DNA of 64,000 nucleotides from Diadema antillarum. Lineage: Eukaryota. Where the stretch lies: assembly GCF_040938485.1 (NCBI RefSeq), contig NW_027271231.1, positions 1,488,001 to 1,552,000 on the forward strand, written 5' to 3'. Both the position numbers and the translations under genes were made by a program. Shown here one piece after another: positions 1-13,209 of the stretch. The notes beneath the pieces are model-generated. The model was not told the origin of the DNA and made no database searches. It worked only from the letters and a program-made list of their open reading frames with translations. The first letter of the stretch is position 1. Each line of letters starts with the position of its first letter.

Positions 1-660
1 GAAATAATAATAGTAATATATTCATGGGGAATATAAATATAACATGTATGTAACCTGCAGAGTGTTTGAATGTGTGACACAGCTATGACTGCTTGCTATA
101 CAAGCGGAAGGCAATGCGAAGTGAAGCTTGAGGAGAGAAAAATACTTTGCATGGTGGTTTTCTGGACGTACTGTTCACTACACTGCACTCACGCCCCAAG
201 AAGATGGCCATATCTGATATTACACAGCACTGATAGCATCTACCGGTAGTCACATTGGGGACGCACTTGCGCCCATCCCTGTCTTTGCTGTCGACATATC
301 ATTATCAAGGACACATCCTTGCACAGTGATAATAACATCAACCTTGTTTCCTTCTGCCTGACGTGATCATCACACAAGTTCTTGATGTGCCTACTCTTCA
401 TGTCACACAAAGCCAGAGGCTACACAAGATCGAGATTTTACCGTGCCATTCTGACATATCCATCCATCCATCCATGCTCCTCACACACATTGGAATAAAA
501 AAACATCATAAAAGGGGTTTGCTGCATGTGTAAATGCAGTATTTCACCCCGAGCACGTAATGAGGAAACCAGCACAGTTCCTGAAGACGACGCATTCAGA
601 GTGCATTAGTTATCCATGTCCATTTGCACAATGATGATGATGAAACGGGCTACTTCCCTG

Positions 661-3600
661 TCAGATGAAATTCCACCAGTTGTCGATGCCGACCACGTCG
701 ACGAGCTCGTTGGGATCCAGGTCTTCCTGCTCGTCCTCGGTATCAGCGATGCCTTCGAAGAGGCGGTTGCCGCATTGCCCGCCGCCGCGGAAGTGGCTGT
801 ACGGGTCAGAGCGGGGCAGTACCGCATAGCAGAGCCAGCAGAAGTAGCAGTGACATTTTGTGCACGTCATTTTGTTGCAGCCGTCGTATTTCTGCCGAAA
901 TGAGAAGATGAAATTGTACACATGAAAAAGGCAACTATGCTTCCTACCCCTGCTCACTTTTATGTACGTACACACTCAAACAAGAACCAATCAACATGTA
1001 GGTTTCATTTTAATGGGTCAGTTTTGTATGTTTTGCCGTCTATTTTCATCACGGCTACTACTAAATCACTAAATAATTTGTGTTTATTTACGTCAATGAA
1101 GAGTAATCTGTCGATCAGTTGCAATTTGGCTTGTTTTCCACCAACTCATGACAGACCCTAATGACAAGCAGCTTTCAAGATACAGCTGTATCACACACCA
1201 CTTGTATACACATTGAAAATACTGCAGTGCATCAACATCATGGACAAAGTAAAGCTTTCAGAAAGCCGATCCACTGAGACCAAACATGTTCATTATTTCA
1301 CCCTACTGTTCAATGCCTAATAAGCAATCGGGTTCATCAAACATCAGTGTTTGTCCATAGTCACAGACACACACACTGGCGTAGCCAGGGGGGGGCGATG
1401 GGGGCGGTCGCCCCCCCCTAAGATTTGGACCGGGGATTTGGGAGGCGGAAAAAAAAAATGCGTGTATACTGTATGCATGCACATGAAGCGGGTCTCCTTT
1501 GCAACCTTTCATCAAATAAGATATTTTTTTTGAATATTTCACTCAAAGTGTGCACCAGATCGTTGAATTTCAATTCAAAATATGCAAAATCTCTCGTGCT
1601 TGGGAGGGGGTATCCCCCTCCCAAACCCTCCCCCTCTGTGCCTCTTTCCCTAGCTTAGTACACTTTTTAGATTTACAAAAAAATTATGAATAATTCTGAG
1701 TGCACAAGACTTATCACATACCTTCCAAAAACTCAAGGTTCCCTCATGTATAAGGGGAATTTCCCCTTTTAATCGACCCTTTCCTCCCTCAGTCCCCTCC
1801 CCCCATCAGTTTTTTTTTTTTTTTTTGATTTCCCAAATGTTGATTCCATCAAATATGCGTATACGAGATATCTCAATTTCAACCTTAAAAAGGCAAAAGC
1901 TCCATCGGAAGGGAAAGGTGGAGATAACACTCGCCCACGCCTTCTCCCTGCTCACCCGCCCCTCCACCCCCCCCCCTTCCGCCATGCATATAAGTAGACT
2001 GTGGCTATACCCAGATCGCTTTATTTCAATTCTAAAAACGCAAAAGCTCCGCGAGCGGGAGGCGGAATTCCCCTTCCCCTAAGCTCTACCTCACTAGACT
2101 TTATACACTGACACACAGATGGTGCACATTCGGAATAAGAGCTAAATTCCGTGATTTTAACACTTCGATGAAAAAGTATTGCACCAAAAATTTGCACCAG
2201 ATCGCTGAATTTCAGGTCTGAAAACGCAAAATCCCCTTCGTGTGGGAGGGGATATGCCCCTATCTCATACAACCTCGTGTGCATGCTTTTTCTGTTTGAT
2301 TGCTGAACAGACAGCGTTCATGATATTCAGTGTAAGAATTAATACAAGAAGTGTATTTAAATATAGGCAAATTGTTCAATAATAATCTACACTAAAATAT
2401 ACTGCAACCTCAAACAAGTGGGACTGCTTCAACTCGTTAAAACACGCAAAAACATGCATCAAATTGCACCATTTTGCAACATCAATATGCAAAAAGTTCT
2501 CACCGTGGGAGGGGGGACACCAACCTCCCACACCCTCCCCCTCCCCCTTCGCTCGCTCCGCTCGCTCGGGTTCAGTCGCTTTCATGATATTCAGTGAAAA
2601 GAATTCATACAAGAAGATTATTAAAAAATGATACCATTTCATATGCAAATTGTTCAATAATAATCTACATCAAAATATACTGCTACCTTACACTAATGTT
2701 ACTGTTTCACGTCGATAAAACGCGCAAAAACATGCATCAAACTGCATCATTTGCAACATCAAAATGCAAAAAGTTCTCACCGTGGGAGGGGGGACACCCC
2801 CTCCCACACCCTCCCCTCTCCCTTCGCTCGCTCCGCTTGCTCGGGTTCAGTCGCGTTCATGATATTCAGTGAAAAGAATTAATACAAGAAGTGTATTTAA
2901 ATCATACCATATTATAGGCAAATTGTTCAATGATAATCTACATCAAAATATACTGCTGCCTTACACTAATGTTACTGTTTCACGTCGATAAAACGCGCAA
3001 AAACATGCATCAAATTGCACCATTGCAACATCAAAATGCAAAAAGTTCTCACCGTGGGAGGGGGTACACCCCCTCCCACACCCTCCCCCTCCCCCTTCGC
3101 TCGCTCCGCTCGCTCGGGTTCAGTCGCGTTCATGATATTCAGTGAAAAGAATTAATACAAGAAGATTATTCAAATTGATACCATTTTATATGCAAATTGT
3201 TCAATAATAATCTACATCAAAATATACTGCTACCTTACACTAATGTTACTGTTTCACGTCGATAAAACTCGCAAAAACATGCATCAAATTGCATCATTTG
3301 CAACATCAAAATGCAAAAAGTTCTCACCGTGGGAGGGGGGACACCCCCTCCCACACCCTCCCCTCTCCCTTCGCTCGCTCCGCTTGCTCGGGTTCAGTCG
3401 CGTTCATGATATTCAGTGAAAAGAATTAATACAAGAAGTGTATTTAAATCATACCATATTATAGGCAAATTGTTCAATGATAATCTACATCAAAATATAC
3501 TGCAACCTTAAACAAGTGGGACTGTTTCAACTCGTTAAAACACGCAAAAACATTAATCAAGTTGCACCATTTGCAACATCAAAATGCAAAAAGTTCTCAC

Positions 3601-6600
3601 CGTGGGAGGGGGTACACCCCCTCCCACACCCTCCCCCTCCTCCTTCGCTCGCTCCGCTCGCTCGGGTTCAGTCGCGTTCATGATATTCAGTGAAAAGAAT
3701 TAATACAAGAAGATTATTTTAATGATACCATTTTATAGGCAAATTGTTCAATAATAATCTACATCAAAATATACTGCTACCTTACACTAATGTTACTGTT
3801 TCACGTCGATAAAACGCGCAAAAACATGCATCAAATTGCATCATTTGCAACATCAAAATGCAAAAAGTTCTCACCGTGGGAGGGGGGGACACCCCCTCCC
3901 ACACCCTCCCCTCCCCCCTCGCTCGCTCCGCTTGCTCGGGTTCAGTCGCGTTCATGATATTCAGTGAAAAGAATTAATACAAGAAGTGTATTTAAATTAT
4001 ACCATTTTATAGGCAAATTGTTCAATAATAATCTACATCAAAATAAACTGCTACCTCAAACAAGTGGGACTGTTTCACGTCGATAAAACGCGCAAAAGCA
4101 TGCATCAAATTGCACCATTTACAACATCAAAATGCAAACAGTTCTTACCGTGGGAGGGGGGACACCCCCCTCCCACACCCTCCCCCCCTCGCTCGCTCCG
4201 CTCGCTCGGGCTCGGTCACTTCGCTCTCTCGCAGACTAACCGCCCCCCCTAAGATGAAATCCTGGCTACGCCGTCGGACACACACATCTTCATATGCCCT
4301 CATAAGGAAGGACTGAACTTTATTTCCTACCTACCTCATTCAGCATAACACGTACAGCAAAGGTGTATCAATAGTCAGTTTGCATTTTCTGGCATTATTC
4401 TCACTTGGGAGATATTAACAGTACACAAACACACAGAAAACTCACACACACAAACACATATATGAATACACATGTATGAATAGTGTGTGAAGGGAGGATA
4501 AAGACCAACATACCTGGATGGCGCAGGAGCACTGGGGGCAGTACTTGCTGTGCTTGCGGATCCATTCCTCACTGTTGCAGTCGTCGATGACCTGCCGTAG
4601 TGTCCGCTTGCCGAACTTCTGCTCAAGGATGGACTTCTCTTCTGACGATGCATTCTCATACTCGTCCTTTAACTTCCGGTACTCCTCTGATAAAAACAAA
4701 CCAACAAACCAACATCCAAATTGAGGGTGAGGATAGTATCGGACGCTTCAAAAACATTTTTTGCATGCCAACTTTTAATCAAAACCTGCATTACAAGGAC
4801 CAGTGAAAGAGAAGGCCAAAGATGTGGCTCAAGTCGTCTTCAATTGTAATATGAAGTCTCTGTATCCATGTTGAACTCCACAGCATATTGCTCACTGCAA
4901 ATTGTCGTTAACACTGCATGAACGTGCAGCTGCTACAGGAGTTTAGGCTTAGATCAGTGCTTCCAAATTTGGAAAGGTAGTGAAATACAACTGTTACATT
5001 GGTGACACTTTTCCATATACTGATGTTTTTTTACTGTCATACATTCTTGTTCTTCAAACTTTCAGATCAAATGATATCCTCAGTGGAAAATGAAAAATGA
5101 CAGACATTCCCATGAATATACTGTAAAACATGATATATTCGCGGCATGAAATTTTCACGCATTGGAGCCGACAGCCATTTTCGTGGCATGAAATTTTTCG
5201 CGAATTGCCACTGGCGTTCAATGCATGTAGTGTAGACAAAAACTTTCATGTGCATTTTAATTTCGCGAATTTTGGTGCTCGCAAAATTCGCGAAATTCAA
5301 ATGCACGCGAAACTTCCTCGTTTCACAGTACCCTTCCATGCAGTTTGAAGTTTCCACACAAATGTCACTTTCTGAACATAGAATTGTGAAAATATCACCT
5401 TGTCGAATTTTCACAAATTTCGCATGCCACTTAAATATTACAAAAATAATGCACAAATATATTTTTGAGTCATGAATTCATCTATTCACACAAATATCCT
5501 TATCAGCAGAATTGTCACTACATGCTGTCACTGATATCGGCATAGTGAAAAAAAAAAAATTGCTTGTATGAAAGCTTCTCAATTTATGGTACAGGACAAG
5601 GCTTAGCTTTGTGCAAGAGAGCTGGTTTCTCTTGGGCACCTAACTTCCACATGCTCGCTAGAAACACATGTACATCTCCCACAAGTGTGAGAGACTGATT
5701 TCTGGATTGAAAACAACATAAATATGCTCTCTGGATAGTAAAACCAGATATTGCAAGATACCTGATATAACAAAGTCATATTGCAGGTCCCACTTGTTTT
5801 ATATCCTTCTGATTTTGTTTTTGTTTTTGTTTTTCCCTGATATAATGAGGTACTTGACATAATGTGGAAATTTCAGTGGGTGCAAGCAGCTTGTTATATA
5901 GAGCAGGGCTTGATAGTAACTTTTTTCTCTGGTGGCCCCTTCCAGCATCTAAAATCTTTAAATTTGAAAGTTTGGTGGCCCTAAATAATAGGAAATATAA
6001 AGAATTCATTTTGAGTTTTAGCTGCCCAATCTGGCCACCCACAAGATAACCTTTTTTTAATATTTAGTGCCCAATCATCAATTTCAGTGACCCTACGCCA
6101 CCATGTCACCCGTAATGTTGAGCCCTGTATAGAGGTTTCCCTGTACCATAACTGGCCACAAGTTAATGCACGAAGTGAAGCAAAATACAGCTGCTTGTAG
6201 TCAGTCGAACTTGTTTCATGCCTGTGACTCACCGTGACTGATTTTGCAAGGGGCCAACCCATGGAAGGTGTTCTTACACAGGATGCAGAAGGCAAAGCGG
6301 CACTGGGGGCACAAACCCATGTTGGTCTTCTCGTCACGGATCACCGGACACTGACACGCCTTCCTCGGACAGAAGACGATGTCGCCCATCTCGCTCAGGG
6401 ACAGGTCCAGCAGGCGTGCATCGTACTTCTCAAAGACTTCGCGATCGACAAGTTCCTTGACCTGTGGTCAAGAGATATTACAGTAATGATTGATGAAATT
6501 CTGTTATCACTAAAGTCAAGACCAGAAACACTCTGAATATATCCAAAACTTCAACTTTAAATTTAACATAATACCTACGGGAATATGGAATATCATGTAC

Positions 6601-9600
6601 AAAGTATTTGAGGATTTTGTAACCTTGCCTATAAAGGGTTAGAACACTTCGTGTTATTTACATTATAAAGTGGCAACTTTGCTTACAAGTACACTAAAAT
6701 ACCTGAAATAATAGCTGTTCTTACTATCTTTTTTTTCAAACTGCGATACTAAAATGCTCCACAACATATATCTTTTTACCTTGCTGTAGAATGTAATTGT
6801 AATTTATGTGCAATTCTTTGCTTTTTTATATCTGGTTGTTTTCAACAACATTTCACGAGCTTCATACACACTCTAGAAGGAGTGAAGTGGTTCACTGCAT
6901 TGGGAATTTTGTGACAAGGGATGCTTCTCACCTGTGGGGCCAGTGCCTGGGACGTGCAGTCGTTTTCGGGACACAGCAGGCCCTTCACGTCCCCATCCAA
7001 GATCTTGACCCGAAAGTGCTCAGCCATGCAGGCCTTGCAGTAGACATGGCCGCAGCCTGAGAACTGGAGGCAGTCGCGACCAAACTTGTCCTCGTAGCAT
7101 ACCCCGCACGTGTTGAAGGAGGTATCGAAGATGCGGTCCCGCATTAGCTTGTCATGGGCCACAATTGTTGGGGTGAGATGGGTGAGGGCAGCGGTATCCT
7201 GCATCGCTCGGACGCCCAACCTCATCACTCCACCAGTGGGCTTCAATTTCGTGGGAATTTTAGAAGAACACCAATCACATTGTTTACAAGCTAGAATGTA
7301 GGACTTAGCATTTTCAAATGATTATGGACTTTTTCAATGCAAGATCATGGGCCTTTGACCCTTGACCTTGTCCACCTTCATCAATTTTCCTAGAATGTAG
7401 GACTTAGCATTTTCAAATGATTATGGACTTTTTCAATGTAAGATCATGGACCTTTGACCTTTGACCTTGTCCACCTTCATCAATTTTCCAGCTTGATAAG
7501 CATATTTAGGTGACACATCAGTGGTGTAAATTTTGTGGTCACTGCTTAAAGCTGTGGAAAGTTATTTTTATCTAGAGTATACTTTATGCATTTCAACCTT
7601 TGACCTTGTCAGAATTCATCAATATTCCAACTTGACTAGCATTTTTTTGGTGCTGTACCTGTGGTGTGAATTTAGTGATTATAGCTCACAGCTGTGAAAA
7701 ATCACATAGAATACAGCAAATTGTTGAAGACAATGCAGCTGCTGCCAGCAATGACAGAAAAATGATGCCTATGAAGAAAGTGTCATGAGAAGATATGGCA
7801 TTTGTTACAATCTCCATTGATAAAGCATTAATTGGAGAAAAGCAGGTTGCCTCTCACTGATAAGGGCAGACAATTTGATTTTTCTCTGTAAAGAAAGGCA
7901 GGAGAAAAAAAAAAAAGGAAGTGGAAGAGATTGTTAACTCACCTGTTGCATCAGCCCGACCCCACCCGTAGCTCCCTCCAGTGCCTCCCCACCATCTCCG
8001 CCCGGTCCCGCCCTTGGTCCTGCCTGGTATCCCTGCCCTTCCATCATGGAACGCTGCCTCAGGGTGCGGGGCAGGTCAGAGACGTCCAGGTCAATGGGGG
8101 AGGTGATGCCCAGGTGGGAGAGGGTCTCTGTCTTGAGGAACTCCGTCCACTGGTAGATGACCACCTCATTAGCGTTGCTCTCCCATATTTCATCCAGCTT
8201 CTCACAAAGTCTTGTCAGCTGAAAATGAAACACACACATACAAGGGATTTGATTGCCAATCACTCTATGACAAGGAACATTCAGTCAACCCCCCCCCCCC
8301 CTCTTCTTCCATACTGTTAACTCCTTTTCAGAGTGGACCTTTAAGTGCAATTCTACAAGAAGTTCAGATCAATTTTGATCAATAGACTACAAGTGCAACA
8401 TCTACATGCAGTGTAGGTTGACTGCAATGAATAGAGGGCATAAAGAATCAGTGGCATAGAATGGTAGAGGTTTCAGCAAAGGCAAATTTACAAACCCAGG
8501 AGCATGGGAACACCACAAGGGTGGGAAGGTGGGCCTGGCTCAGATATACAATGTATTTGAATATCCCTGTAATGAAATGTGTACAGCTTTATCACTTATC
8601 TCCATCAAAGTGCACACACAATTGGAGTATCTTGACTGGAGTTGACCACTACCACTGAGCATAAGCTTTGATGCACATATTTGCCAACACATGGCCAACA
8701 CAACACAGTTTTCTTTCGCTATATCAAAATTTCGTTATAACCAAACAAATAACCAATGAAAATACTTAGAGTGGATAATGTTGCAACCAAAATTTGTATT
8801 TCGCTGTCACTGAAATTTCGTTATAACCATGTTCGTCATAACAGGAGTGCAATGTATAGAATCACATGCTTCACTTGTTCTCACTGAATAGTGTAATCAG
8901 TCATAACTTCAAATGTAAAATTAATCGCGTTGGCCATAATTCTATATACTGTAACTGTAGGGTAAGAAATGTTTGCAGCATGAAATTTTCACAAATTGCC
9001 ACTAGCATCCAATGCATGAAGTGTAGACAAGAACTTAAAAGCATGCATTTTAATTTTGTGAATCTTGGCTCTTGCAAATTAAAATGCACGCAAACATTTA
9101 CTGCTTTTAATTTACAGTATAGGTCTCTCCACTTTTGCAAAGTGGTGATAGTGTATACTAACATCTCTTTGCATCCTGAAGGTAATTTTCCCATACAATC
9201 AATTATTTGGCACATCACCTGTGCCCTAGAGAATCATTGCTCACTGGGGCGTGAAAATGTGCAGTACTGACTTCATGATAGAGCTGTCCATATTTCTGTT
9301 AAGTGACAGCAGTTGACAAAAAATCAGAAGGGTAAGTCAAAACACTCTTTTCTAGGCAGGACAGCACAGCATGGGCAGCAACACCAGCATTTACACGGCA
9401 GTAGCTAGATCTCACCTGGTTCACAGAAAGCCACTTCGAGGAGAGAGTGAAGTCGGGGGCACTCTTGGACGGGTAGTCCCGAGGGTACTGGAAGTTGAGC
9501 TCTATAGGGGGCAGCGAGACGACGGGTAGGAGCCAGGAGTTCTCCCCATTCTCCCTCAGAGTGGCACCTAGATGGGGGTCATCGGTAAAACCGAGCAGTT

Positions 9601-11182
9601 CAATGTGCTGCTTTTTTATTTTTAATTTGATTTTGATCTTATTTATAATTTCCACATTCAATCGAATACAAATTGAATACAAATTTCAAAGACAAGAATA
9701 ACAAGTGCAGTGAAATAAAACTATAACAGTACACAAATAGACACACACAAGTAATTACATGGAGCAGTATACATACACAGAAACATAAAATAAAATACAC
9801 AATATTCTTCAGCAAATAACAGAGATAATAAGCCAGTTCGGAGATAGCTCATGTGCACATGGGTACAAATGACCTTTCATTTTTCTCAGTTGGTTAGGCA
9901 CTTCACTCATTTCAAAGCAACATAATGCAGCAGCTTGCCCAACATAGCAATTTATGGAACTCGTATTCTCACAAAGAATGAACCTGTGTAGATGAAGTGA
10001 CCGGAATGTTTCGTCAATCAACACTTTGGGAAGCATCTATTTCATTGTGCTGTTTTGAATACATTAACAAACTTTTTCTGTTAACATTGCCAAATACTAG
10101 GCTTGCTGTCAGGTGGATATACTGGCAGACACCATTTATAAGGATTCCATGAATAATCACAGCATTACAGACGGTTATCTCGGTGAAATTAAAAACCAAC
10201 CTGTCTCTCGGTACAAATGACCTTTTTCTGCTCATGCTCAAACTGGAACCCCGAACTGGCTTATTGAATGCAGGAGACCGCATTCATGAGTGATTGAGCT
10301 TGAAATGGATGGGGCCTCATTAAAAAAAAAAGAAAAAAAAAAACTCTCATGGAGGAAGTTATGTGATCAGGTGGGTGAAGTGCAGTTGCAGGTGTGGGTG
10401 CAAAATGCCATTGAAGGAAAAAAATAGTGATTGAATAAAAATAACAATCATTTGCCAAAAATTATGTTATCATAACGTAATGAGTGGGGAAGCACATGAT
10501 TGTATCGAATATCACTTTAGTGAAGCTGTTATACAACAAATAGTTGAGCAAGACTTGATGTTATCTGGAAGATTATTCCAAATACTATATCCGCACCTGA
10601 ATGTCCTATAGATGTGTGAGTCACTAATAATTTTACGGTCATGCAAAATGTACTCTTCATGAGAAGGCACAAGTACCAGAGAAGACTGCTGCATCATAAT
10701 GCTCCAGCAATTATATAAGCACAACAAGTATGTAAACATATACACCCTGATTAATGTTCTTTTCCTCTAATTTCCAGTTTAAACCTTTGAGGGTTCTGAG
10801 TATGCTCAGGCAAATATCTAAGGGAAATGCACGTTATAGCAAAATCAACCCGTCCTCAACAGGTAAAAAAAAAAGAAAGAAATATATTCAGATATATTAA
10901 TCATCTGCCTCTCCCATTCAAATGGGTTTGAAATTGACAAAATAGAATCAATGCACAATCACTATCAATGGCGATTTGTTAAGTAGTCAACCCACCAAGT
11001 GCTCTCGCTTGCTGTACCATGGTCCCACTCAGCTTGACACAGCAGTCATCGGGGAGCTCGACAGCAGCATAAAAGCTACCTCCGGACTGGTCCTCGAGAG
11101 CCGCGAACGTATCCTCATCTTCGAAGATGCTGGCAAGCGCCAGCAGCTCATCGGCTTGGTTCTCCTTGTCGTCCTCATCCAT
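661..11182 (-). CDS. RNF14: RBR E3 ubiquitin ligase RNF14 (RWD-RING1-IBR-RING2), 7 coding exons, 518 aa
   Basis: Exons (minus): 11182-10996, 9567-9416, 8218-7943, 7240-6932, 6461-6233, 4686-4514, 891-661. All junctions are GT-AG and the phases join into 1557 nt. Motifs: RWD (ENQADELLALASIF; LPPIELNFQYPRDYPSKSAP), RING1 (CGVCYEDKFGRDCLQFSGCGHVYCKAC...CPENDC), IBR (CPRKACQCPV...GLCPQCRFAFCILCKNTFHGLAPC) and RING2 with catalytic Cys (CPQCSCAIQKYDGCNKMTCTKCHCYFCWLC). The exon1/exon2 boundary (donor GTGGGT at 10995) and the 7240 acceptor are the least certain. Confidence 0.95.
1374..4276. mobile_element. hAT-like non-autonomous DNA transposon (2.9 kb) in the last RNF14 intron
   Basis: Imperfect 16-bp TIRs: CACTGGCGTAGCCAGG at 1374-1389 and CCTGGCTACGCCGTCG at 4261-4276. 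An identical 8-bp direct repeat GACACACA flanks both ends (1366-1373, 4277-4284). An 8-bp TSD is typical of hAT. No transposase ORF. Confidence 0.75.
2319..4215. repeat. Tandem array of 7 x ~274-bp units inside the hAT-like element
   Basis: The anchor CATGATATTCAGTG recurs at 2319, 2583, 2858, 3131, 3405, 3679 and 3953 (spacing 264-275). Confidence 0.95.
5121..5328. mobile_element. Tc1/mariner-type MITE (TA TSD, CTGTAAAAC-type termini)
   Basis: TA|CTGTAAAAC...GTTTCACAG|TA, with internal TTTCGCG/CGCGAAA motifs. The same family recurs at 8949, 31200, 32668 and 45339. Confidence 0.7.
5904..6127. mobile_element. Small hAT-like MITE
   Basis: Termini CAGGGCT...AGCCCTG are flanked by the direct repeat TATAGAG on both sides (5897-5903, 6128-6134). 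Confidence 0.55.
7286..7775 (+). mobile_element. Degenerate Helentron-associated (HINE/pearl-like) repeat with a 99-bp tandem duplication
   Basis: Starts ACAAG and has TGACCTTTGACCTTG motifs like the revcomp core of the element at 44021. Near-identical 99-bp tandem copies at 7291-7389 and 7390-7488. Termini are eroded. Confidence 0.45.
8949..9117. mobile_element. Degenerate TA-TSD MITE, same family as 5121-5328
   Basis: TA|CTGTAAC...TTTACAG|TA, with internal similarity (CATGAAATTTTCAC, AATTAAAATGCACGC) to 5121-5328. Confidence 0.55.
9827..10265. mobile_element. Inverted-repeat-bounded element (probable MITE)
   Basis: Perfect 15-bp inverted repeat AATAAGCCAGTTCGG (9827-9841) / CCGAACTGGCTTATT (10251-10265). 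Internal direct repeat GGTACAAATGACCTTT near 9862 and 10211. TSD unclear. Confidence 0.45.
10512..10700 (-). mobile_element. 3' fragment of a CR1/L2-group LINE ORF2
   Basis: The translation ...CGYSIWNNLPDNIKSCSTICCITASLK* resembles the G-x-x-W-N-x-L-P C-terminus seen in the LINE at 53844-54119 (TGPNYWNSLNHDINSAPS). Confidence 0.5.
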
Positions 11183-11280
11183 TGACGTTGGCTATAGGGC
11201 TGTGCAGCAGTGGGAGGCTGGTCCAAGCATTAAAGCCAATGTCATCTCATGGTATGCCTCACAGTTCTGCCATTCATAGT

Positions 11281-11324
11281 GAAGTAATAATAATAATGAT
11301 CGTGATGACAACAGTAAATATTAA

Positions 11325-11359
<35 letters not shown>

Positions 11360-11470
11360 CAGTGTAGTAGTAGAAGTAGTAATAATAGTAGGAGTAAATG
11401 TACTTACCGGTAGTAAATTAGTAGTAGTAGTTTTGATGATGGTGATGGTGATGATAATCACAATGACAAT
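11281..11470. repeat. Compound trinucleotide microsatellite (TAA/GTA/TGA)
   Basis: Runs of gtagtagta, taataa and tgatgg/tgatga are directly visible. Confidence 0.9.
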
Positions 11471-11941
11471 AATCATGAGAAAGAAAGATATTATTCAGAG
11501 GGGTGAAGGTTAAGGTGTGAGTTCCTTCACTTTGTCTCCCTCTACAAATTAAATTTAAGATCGCAACTGCGCCCCCTCCCTCCATAGGTACACGTATTAA
11601 ATACACATGAATTTCACAGTCATGCATCATTACTGAGTAGATGTGTAATTGAACTGTGTTTAGGTTGGTTTGTTAGTCTGTTTCTCGTCTCTTCGTTTTT
11701 ATTATTTTCATAGCTAATAATGCCTAATGGCACTTAATCCCACACATACCTTTTTGCTCTATTGTACACAAACAGCCGTGATATGCAGGGTGCCAATGTC
11801 AAGGGTACCCTGCTGATACGTGGTACCCTTACCATACCATTAATTACATCTCAATGAATGTGTGCTGCATTCACAGCTTACACTAACAGGTTGCCCACCA
11901 TAAAAATGCCACTTGTCTTGCGAGCTTGCTCAGTCAGCTGC

Positions 11942-12676
11942 AGCTCAGTTCGGGAAACCCACTCACAAGGGGGGCCCCTCCTTATAAGTAACCCGTCCCC
12001 CTTATAAGTAACCCCGTCCCCCTTATAAGTAACCCCCGGGGCACCCCTTATAAGGAGTCTCCACGCTTTTTTGCAATGCAACGCGAAAATGAAAGGACTG
12101 CGGCAATTCGCTTGATTATGTCCATAAAGCTTCACAAGTTTCCTACTTACTCACGAAATTTGAGCAAAATCGGTTTGAGGCATCATATCTAAAATCATGG
12201 ATTTAAATGTGATGTCAAACGACCCATGCGAATGCTGAAATGCGAGCGATTACTGGCGCGAGTGTCGCCAGGCGCGGCGGCGCGGCAATGCTTGAGTACG
12301 TACTCAGTCGCCACGTCTGCACTCAAGCATTGCCGCGCCGCCGCGCCTGGCGACACTCGCGCCAGTAATCGCTCGCATTTCAGCATTCGCATGGGTCGTT
12401 TGACATCGCATTTAAATCCATGATTTTAGATATGATGCCTCAAACCGATTTTGCTCAAATTTCGTGAGTAAGTAGGAAACTTGTGAAGCTTTATGGACAT
12501 AATCAAGCGAATTGCCGCAGTCCTTTCATTTTCGCGTTGCATTGCAAACAAGCATGGAGACTCCTTATAAGGGGTGCCCCGGGGGTTACTTATAAGGGGG
12601 ACGGGGTTACTTATAAGGGGGACGGGTTACTTATAAGGAGGGGCCCCCCTTGTGACTGGGTTTCCCGAACTGAGCT
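11942..12676. repeat. 735-bp near-perfect palindrome (foldback-like element) in RNF14 intron 1
   Basis: Arms 11942-12297 and 12321-12676 (356 bp each) are reverse complements with about 4 mismatches seen by eye, around a 23-bp spacer. Each outer arm has 4 copies of CTTATAAG (left copies at 11981, 12001, 12022, 12047). Confidence 0.95.
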
Positions 12677-13209
12677 TATCTCAGTCATGTTTGCTTATTT
12701 AGTCAGTAATTCCAAAGCTGATTTGGAACTGAACAATTATTCATTTCTATTCTGTTTGAAGAAGACTTTGGCTATACTAAAATTTACAATGGTTTTTTCC
12801 TATGCAAACAAGATGTTGACTCAAGATATTGAAATGGTCGCACATAACCATAACAGATGATAGAGGTAGAGGTTTCTATTAATTTACATACAAGCTTAGG
12901 TCATCGCACTACGCGAGCACATCATTGCTAGTGATGGTACATTTATTTCATCAAGTTTAACAGTTCCAGATATTTAACATAACTTCTATGTAGAATTAAA
13001 AGACCACCTACAAATAGAACCTCTAACTGTTAGGCCTACGGCTCGAGACTCCTGTGAACATACAAAATGCCCGGCGGCCTGCCTGCCTGCCAACATGACA
13101 ACAGTCCCACATACTTTCGAACATGTTAGTGGATTCTAGGATGTGAAAGGCAAAGTAATTTAAACGGAATATAAATTCAGGAAACAAAGTCGATAAAAAA
13201 CAGACTCAC

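Noticed and set aside
2319-4215. Regularly spaced repeats (also 33129-33900 and 44070-45000) as a CRISPR-like array
   Set aside because: The units are contiguous 150-275-bp tandem copies with no unique spacers, inside eukaryotic transposons, and no cas genes are present.
2376-4316. Several 60-95-aa ORFs (MIIYIKIYC..., MKRIHTRR...)
   Set aside because: They are translations of the tandem repeat units and have no independent coding signal.
11878-12860. Mirror-image ORF pairs (MKLYGHNQ..., MRMLKCER...)
   Set aside because: They arise automatically from the palindrome; no splice or homology support.
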